The notes under the pieces were generated by a model. That model was not told the origin of the DNA and did not search any database. It saw only the letters and a program-made list of their open reading frames with translations. Both the position numbers and the translations under genes were made by a program. Below, piece after piece: positions 36,271 to 39,167 of a stretch of DNA of 39,167 nucleotides. The stretch lies in IMG/VR virus record IMGVR_UViG_3300030330_006510, positions 1 to 39,167 of that record; one strand, given 5' to 3'. Source of the stretch: a virus (lineage: Duplodnaviria > Caudoviricetes). Position 1 is the stretch's first letter; every line of letters starts with the position of its first letter.

Positions 36271-37581
36271 ATGGCTTACCTTCACGAATTTTCTAGCGAT
36301 TCTATATTTCGCAACAGTATAAAAACAGAGCCAAAAGTTGCTGTGTCTATGTACAGTGGATCTATGTTTGTAAACAAGCAGAGGTTTGACGGGATAAATT
36401 CTTCATCTGCGGAGGGTATGGTAACTCCTGTTCCGACCGGCTCAGTGAGTTTATTTGAGCTTAATGTTGGTACCGCACGGGCTGGTGACGGTTTTTTGAT
36501 TAGACCATTTGTTGTAAAAGATGGCACTAATTTTTCTTTTAAAAACATATCCCGTGGTGCTTATAATGAAGCAGATAACGGAACTATTCTTTTTGGTAAA
36601 TATCCTTTAACATCGAGCATTGCCAGGGAATTTATCCCCTCAAAAGGTGCAACTCCAAGCGCAGATACTCTCCGTGGTCGGCGATCCTTCACCAAACCCT
36701 TTATTACAAATGCTGATTCTTACGATGGTGCTGGTGGACTTTTATTTTTTGAAACAAGAAAGAGGATTGTAGCCCTCAGGAACACATTAGAATTTTATAA
36801 AAATTATTCTAATACTTTTGGCTATACAGGCAGCTATGAAACCGCATCAGTAAATCTTATAAGTATACCCTCTATTTTTTATGGATCCGGTATAAAAAGA
36901 GGGTCAGTTAGTCTTAAGTTTTATATAACTGGAACTTTAATCGATGAGGCGCAAGATATTAGACATAATGGCGAGCTTATATCAATAACTACGACATCAC
37001 CTGTAAGTGGACAAGTTGTTGGAAATATACTTTATAACGAAGGATTTGTACTGTTAACGGGTACAACAGATATAGGCACAGTAGACGAGGTTGGTGGCTT
37101 TGGCGGTGATACTTATGAATTTGATGGAACTCACAGGTTGCCAAAATGGATTTATTTTGGCGCATTTGCTTCCGGCACGATGGCAAATGCGGCACCTAGT
37201 GCTAGTTTGTATGAGATGTCATTCAGGGGCACTAATGAGGTTCCAGTTTTGACAATGTTTGCCGAAGCTGAAGCTGGAGATTTAAATTCATCTCAGAATC
37301 CAACTTGGGTTTCCTCATCAATGAAAGGTTGGACTGATAAAGCTAATAAAAAAGTCAAATATGATAGAGGTTCATTCAGAGAGCCAGAATTTTTAGAGAT
37401 AAAAAATACATCTCAAAATAATTTTTGTTTGTCAGAAGAGGAATTTGAAAAACAAGTTTTTATTAGTAAAATTGGTATATTTGATAAAGACAAAAATCTT
37501 ATAGGAATAGCAAAATTAGCAAACCCAGTACTAAAAAAAGAATCAGATGATTTTACATTTAAATTAAAGATGGATTTTTGA
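36271..37581 (+). CDS. Baseplate/tail structural protein (about 436 aa), paralog of 35098..36258
   Basis: C-terminal FISKIGIFDKDKNLIGIAKLANPVLKK...FTFKLKMDF and shared NPT[YW]VSSS. Start is ATG 36271 or GTG 36268; GGTGG upstream. Confidence 0.7.
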   Translation: MAYLHEFSSDSIFRNSIKTEPKVAVSMYSGSMFVNKQRFDGINSSSAEGMVTPVPTGSVSLFELNVGTARAGDGFLIRPFVVKDGTNFSFKNISRGAYNEADNGTILFGKYPLTSSIAREFIPSKGATPSADTLRGRRSFTKPFITNADSYDGAGGLLFFETRKRIVALRNTLEFYKNYSNTFGYTGSYETASVNLISIPSIFYGSGIKRGSVSLKFYITGTLIDEAQDIRHNGELISITTTSPVSGQVVGNILYNEGFVLLTGTTDIGTVDEVGGFGGDTYEFDGTHRLPKWIYFGAFASGTMANAAPSASLYEMSFRGTNEVPVLTMFAEAEAGDLNSSQNPTWVSSSMKGWTDKANKKVKYDRGSFREPEFLEIKNTSQNNFCLSEEEFEKQVFISKIGIFDKDKNLIGIAKLANPVLKKESDDFTFKLKMDF

Positions 37582-37587
37582 TATAAT
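37579..37587 (+). promoter_or_regulatory. Extended -10 promoter element TGATATAAT
   Basis: Perfect TGnTATAAT overlapping the upstream TGA stop and ending 5 nt before the resolvase ATG. Confidence 0.55.
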
Positions 37588-37592
37588 AAAGA

Positions 37593-38171
37593 ATGATTTT
37601 AGGATTAGACATTTCAACTACTATGGTTGGAGTCGCTATCATAGACCCAGGTTCGAGAAATCTTGTTTTTTGCGAGGGCTGGGATTTATCAAAGTGCGAT
37701 ACCTTGTTTGATAAGGCAGAACTTGTTGGTGCTAATCTTTATACTCTGCGATCTGATTTTAACATAACAAATGTTTTCGTAGAAACTGCCTTGAAAAAGT
37801 TTTTGCCTGGAAAATCTAGAGCGGACACAATAATAAAATTAGCAAAATTTAACGGTATAGCTTCTTGGATATGCTTTGAGTGTTTTGGTTTTCCTCCAAC
37901 ATACATCAATGTCAACACCGCACGGACACTTTACGGTCTTTCATTTCCACGAGGCACCAAGGGCCCGCAAAGAAAAAAAATGGTTATTGAGGCGGTCATC
38001 GAAAGAGAAAAAACATCATTTAAGTACGAGATGGCTCGTGGCAACAAAAACTATAAGAAAGGCACTGACGACAAGGCAGACGCCGTTGTTATAGCTCGTG
38101 CTGGCGAATTCTTATTAAGAAACAAAAACAACAAAGGATTCCTAACGGAAAAAATTGTTTTAGTTGATTAG
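37593..38171 (+). CDS. RuvC-like Holliday junction resolvase (RNase H fold)
   Basis: MILGLDISTTMVGVAII (catalytic D), VFVE (E), KLAKFNG, and DDKADAVVIA (DxxD). Confidence 0.85.
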   Translation: MILGLDISTTMVGVAIIDPGSRNLVFCEGWDLSKCDTLFDKAELVGANLYTLRSDFNITNVFVETALKKFLPGKSRADTIIKLAKFNGIASWICFECFGFPPTYINVNTARTLYGLSFPRGTKGPQRKKMVIEAVIEREKTSFKYEMARGNKNYKKGTDDKADAVVIARAGEFLLRNKNNKGFLTEKIVLVD

Positions 38172-38174
38172 CGA

Positions 38175-38184
38175 ACTATTTAAG
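38175..38184 (+). promoter_or_regulatory. Candidate late-promoter motif ACTATTTAAG
   Basis: Occupies most of a 15-nt gap and ends 2 nt before ATG 38187; no Shine-Dalgarno. Confidence 0.55.
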
Positions 38185-38186
38185 AC

Positions 38187-38816
38187 ATGGAATTAAATAC
38201 TAATATTATTAGAGCTATGATAAAAGAAGAGATACAACGATCTCTTTTGTTGGAACTGAGTTCGGAAGAAGAAGATGCTACTGGTTCCATAGTCGGAATA
38301 CTCTCCGCATTGCTCCAGAAAAGGTCTAATGCGAATCTGGATGCCGTCATGGACGCCGCACAGCGACAACTTAAGGCTGCATCTGCTGCATCTACTGCGG
38401 CGGCTGGTAACAGAAAAGATATAAATGAGATGGGTTGCCCGAGTGATACACACATGCAATCAATAGACATGGGAGTAGATCACCATGATGACGATCATGA
38501 AGGCAATATGGCAAAACGCCAGATGTTTAAAACAGCCCAATACGCTGTAGAAATTTTTGATAACATTAGCGATGACGACGAGTTTCCAGCATGGATTCAA
38601 AGCAAGATGACAAAGATAGCAGATTACATCAGCGTAGTCAAGCACTATCTTGAATACGATCATGTTATGGGAGAGAAGCTTGATAAGGACGCCACAGCAG
38701 GCGATTATGTCAAGGACTTCCGCAAATCAAAAGCCCCACAGTTCAAGGGCAAATCAAAAAAGAAAAAACAAGAAATGGCTATAGCAGCATATCTTGACGC
38801 ACAAGAAGACAAATAA
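38187..38816 (+). CDS. Modular hypothetical protein, possible internal head protein (209 aa)
   Basis: N-terminal IRAMIKEEI leader, helical module EGNMAK...PAWIQSKMTKIADYISVVKHYLEY, and basic C-terminal module DF..SKAPQFKGKSKKKKQEMAIAAY. Preceded by the candidate late-promoter motif. Confidence 0.55.
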   Translation: MELNTNIIRAMIKEEIQRSLLLELSSEEEDATGSIVGILSALLQKRSNANLDAVMDAAQRQLKAASAASTAAAGNRKDINEMGCPSDTHMQSIDMGVDHHDDDHEGNMAKRQMFKTAQYAVEIFDNISDDDEFPAWIQSKMTKIADYISVVKHYLEYDHVMGEKLDKDATAGDYVKDFRKSKAPQFKGKSKKKKQEMAIAAYLDAQEDK

Positions 38817-38821
38817 ACTTC

Positions 38822-38849
38822 TTGACTTACTAACAACCTGTGCTAATAT
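38822..38849 (+). promoter_or_regulatory. Host sigma70-type (early) promoter
   Basis: TTGACT at 38822-38827, 16-nt spacer, TAATAT at 38844-38849 with a TG extension at 38841-38842. GGAGGAG RBS at 38859-38865. Confidence 0.75.
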
Positions 38850-38871
38850 AGTCATGCGGGAGGAGACCGTT

Positions 38872-39167
38872 ATGGACTATCAAGTCTTTAGTGATATGGA
38901 CGGCGTGCTTGTCAACTTTGAAGGCGGCGTTCTAGAGCACATGAATGAGAGGTTCCAAGAGATTGCTAACAATCAGGAAGAGTACAAAGCCCTGCGTGGC
39001 TCTGGCAGTTCTGATTACAAGCTCTACAAGCTTGCCCGAGCGGCAGCCAGAGAACTTGGCGGCTGGGATGTAGAAATCAACAAGTGGCACATCGCCCGCT
39101 CTGACCAAGAGGGAAGCCTTGGGCGTAACAAGCGAATCCGAGACTTGATGTACCGACTTGTTGAAGA
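38872..39167 (+). CDS. HAD-superfamily 5'(3')-deoxyribonucleotidase-like protein, 3'-truncated
   Basis: Absent from the ORF track because it has no stop in the window. Translates MDYQVFSDMDGVLVNFEGGV..., with HAD motif I DxDGVLxxF; strong RBS. Confidence 0.82.
   Translation, partial: MDYQVFSDMDGVLVNFEGGVLEHMNERFQEIANNQEEYKALRGSGSSDYKLYKLARAAARELGGWDVEINKWHIARSDQEGSLGRNKRIRDLMYRLVE

Noticed and set aside
2621-37581. Interpretation as a bacterial contractile injection system (eCIS, T6SS or tailocin)
   Set aside because: The T4-type gp6, phage sigma, resolvase, nucleotidase and putative head protein point to a phage genome. No sheath, tube or AAA ATPase typical of eCIS loci is seen here.
325-38663. 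The remaining short minus-strand and alternate-frame ORFs in the track
   Set aside because: All lie within or across longer + strand genes with coherent motifs and coupled junctions; none shows a recognisable domain.
1-39167. Stop-codon reassignment, as found in some large phages
   Set aside because: Genes are long and intact under the standard code, and TAA, TAG and TGA all occur at junctions where the next gene starts immediately.

Overview
This window is a 39 kb, AT-rich segment of a large contractile-tailed (myovirus-type) bacteriophage genome, with all credible genes on the + strand. Left end: a truncated GDP-mannose 4,6-dehydratase, small accessory genes and a phage sigma-factor-like gene. 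Middle (about 2.3-37.6 kb): a very large baseplate module. It contains an apparently split gp5 (lysozyme gene followed by an HxH spike gene), a 1986-aa unknown protein, gp25- and gp6-like wedge genes, a 3658-aa LamG-containing giant and two sets of paralogous structural genes. Right end: a RuvC-like resolvase, a modular putative head protein, and a sigma70-type promoter driving a HAD nucleotidase in GC-richer sequence. The most notable observations are: (1) a [S/T]-[G/A/S]-S tripeptide strongly enriched in only four baseplate proteins, a candidate virion-modification sequon; (2) a recurring CTA(T/A/C)TTA motif before structural genes, a candidate late promoter for the phage sigma; (3) split or expanded paralog architecture in the distal baseplate genes. 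All assignments come from motif recognition by eye; no database searches were run, and counts are manual.
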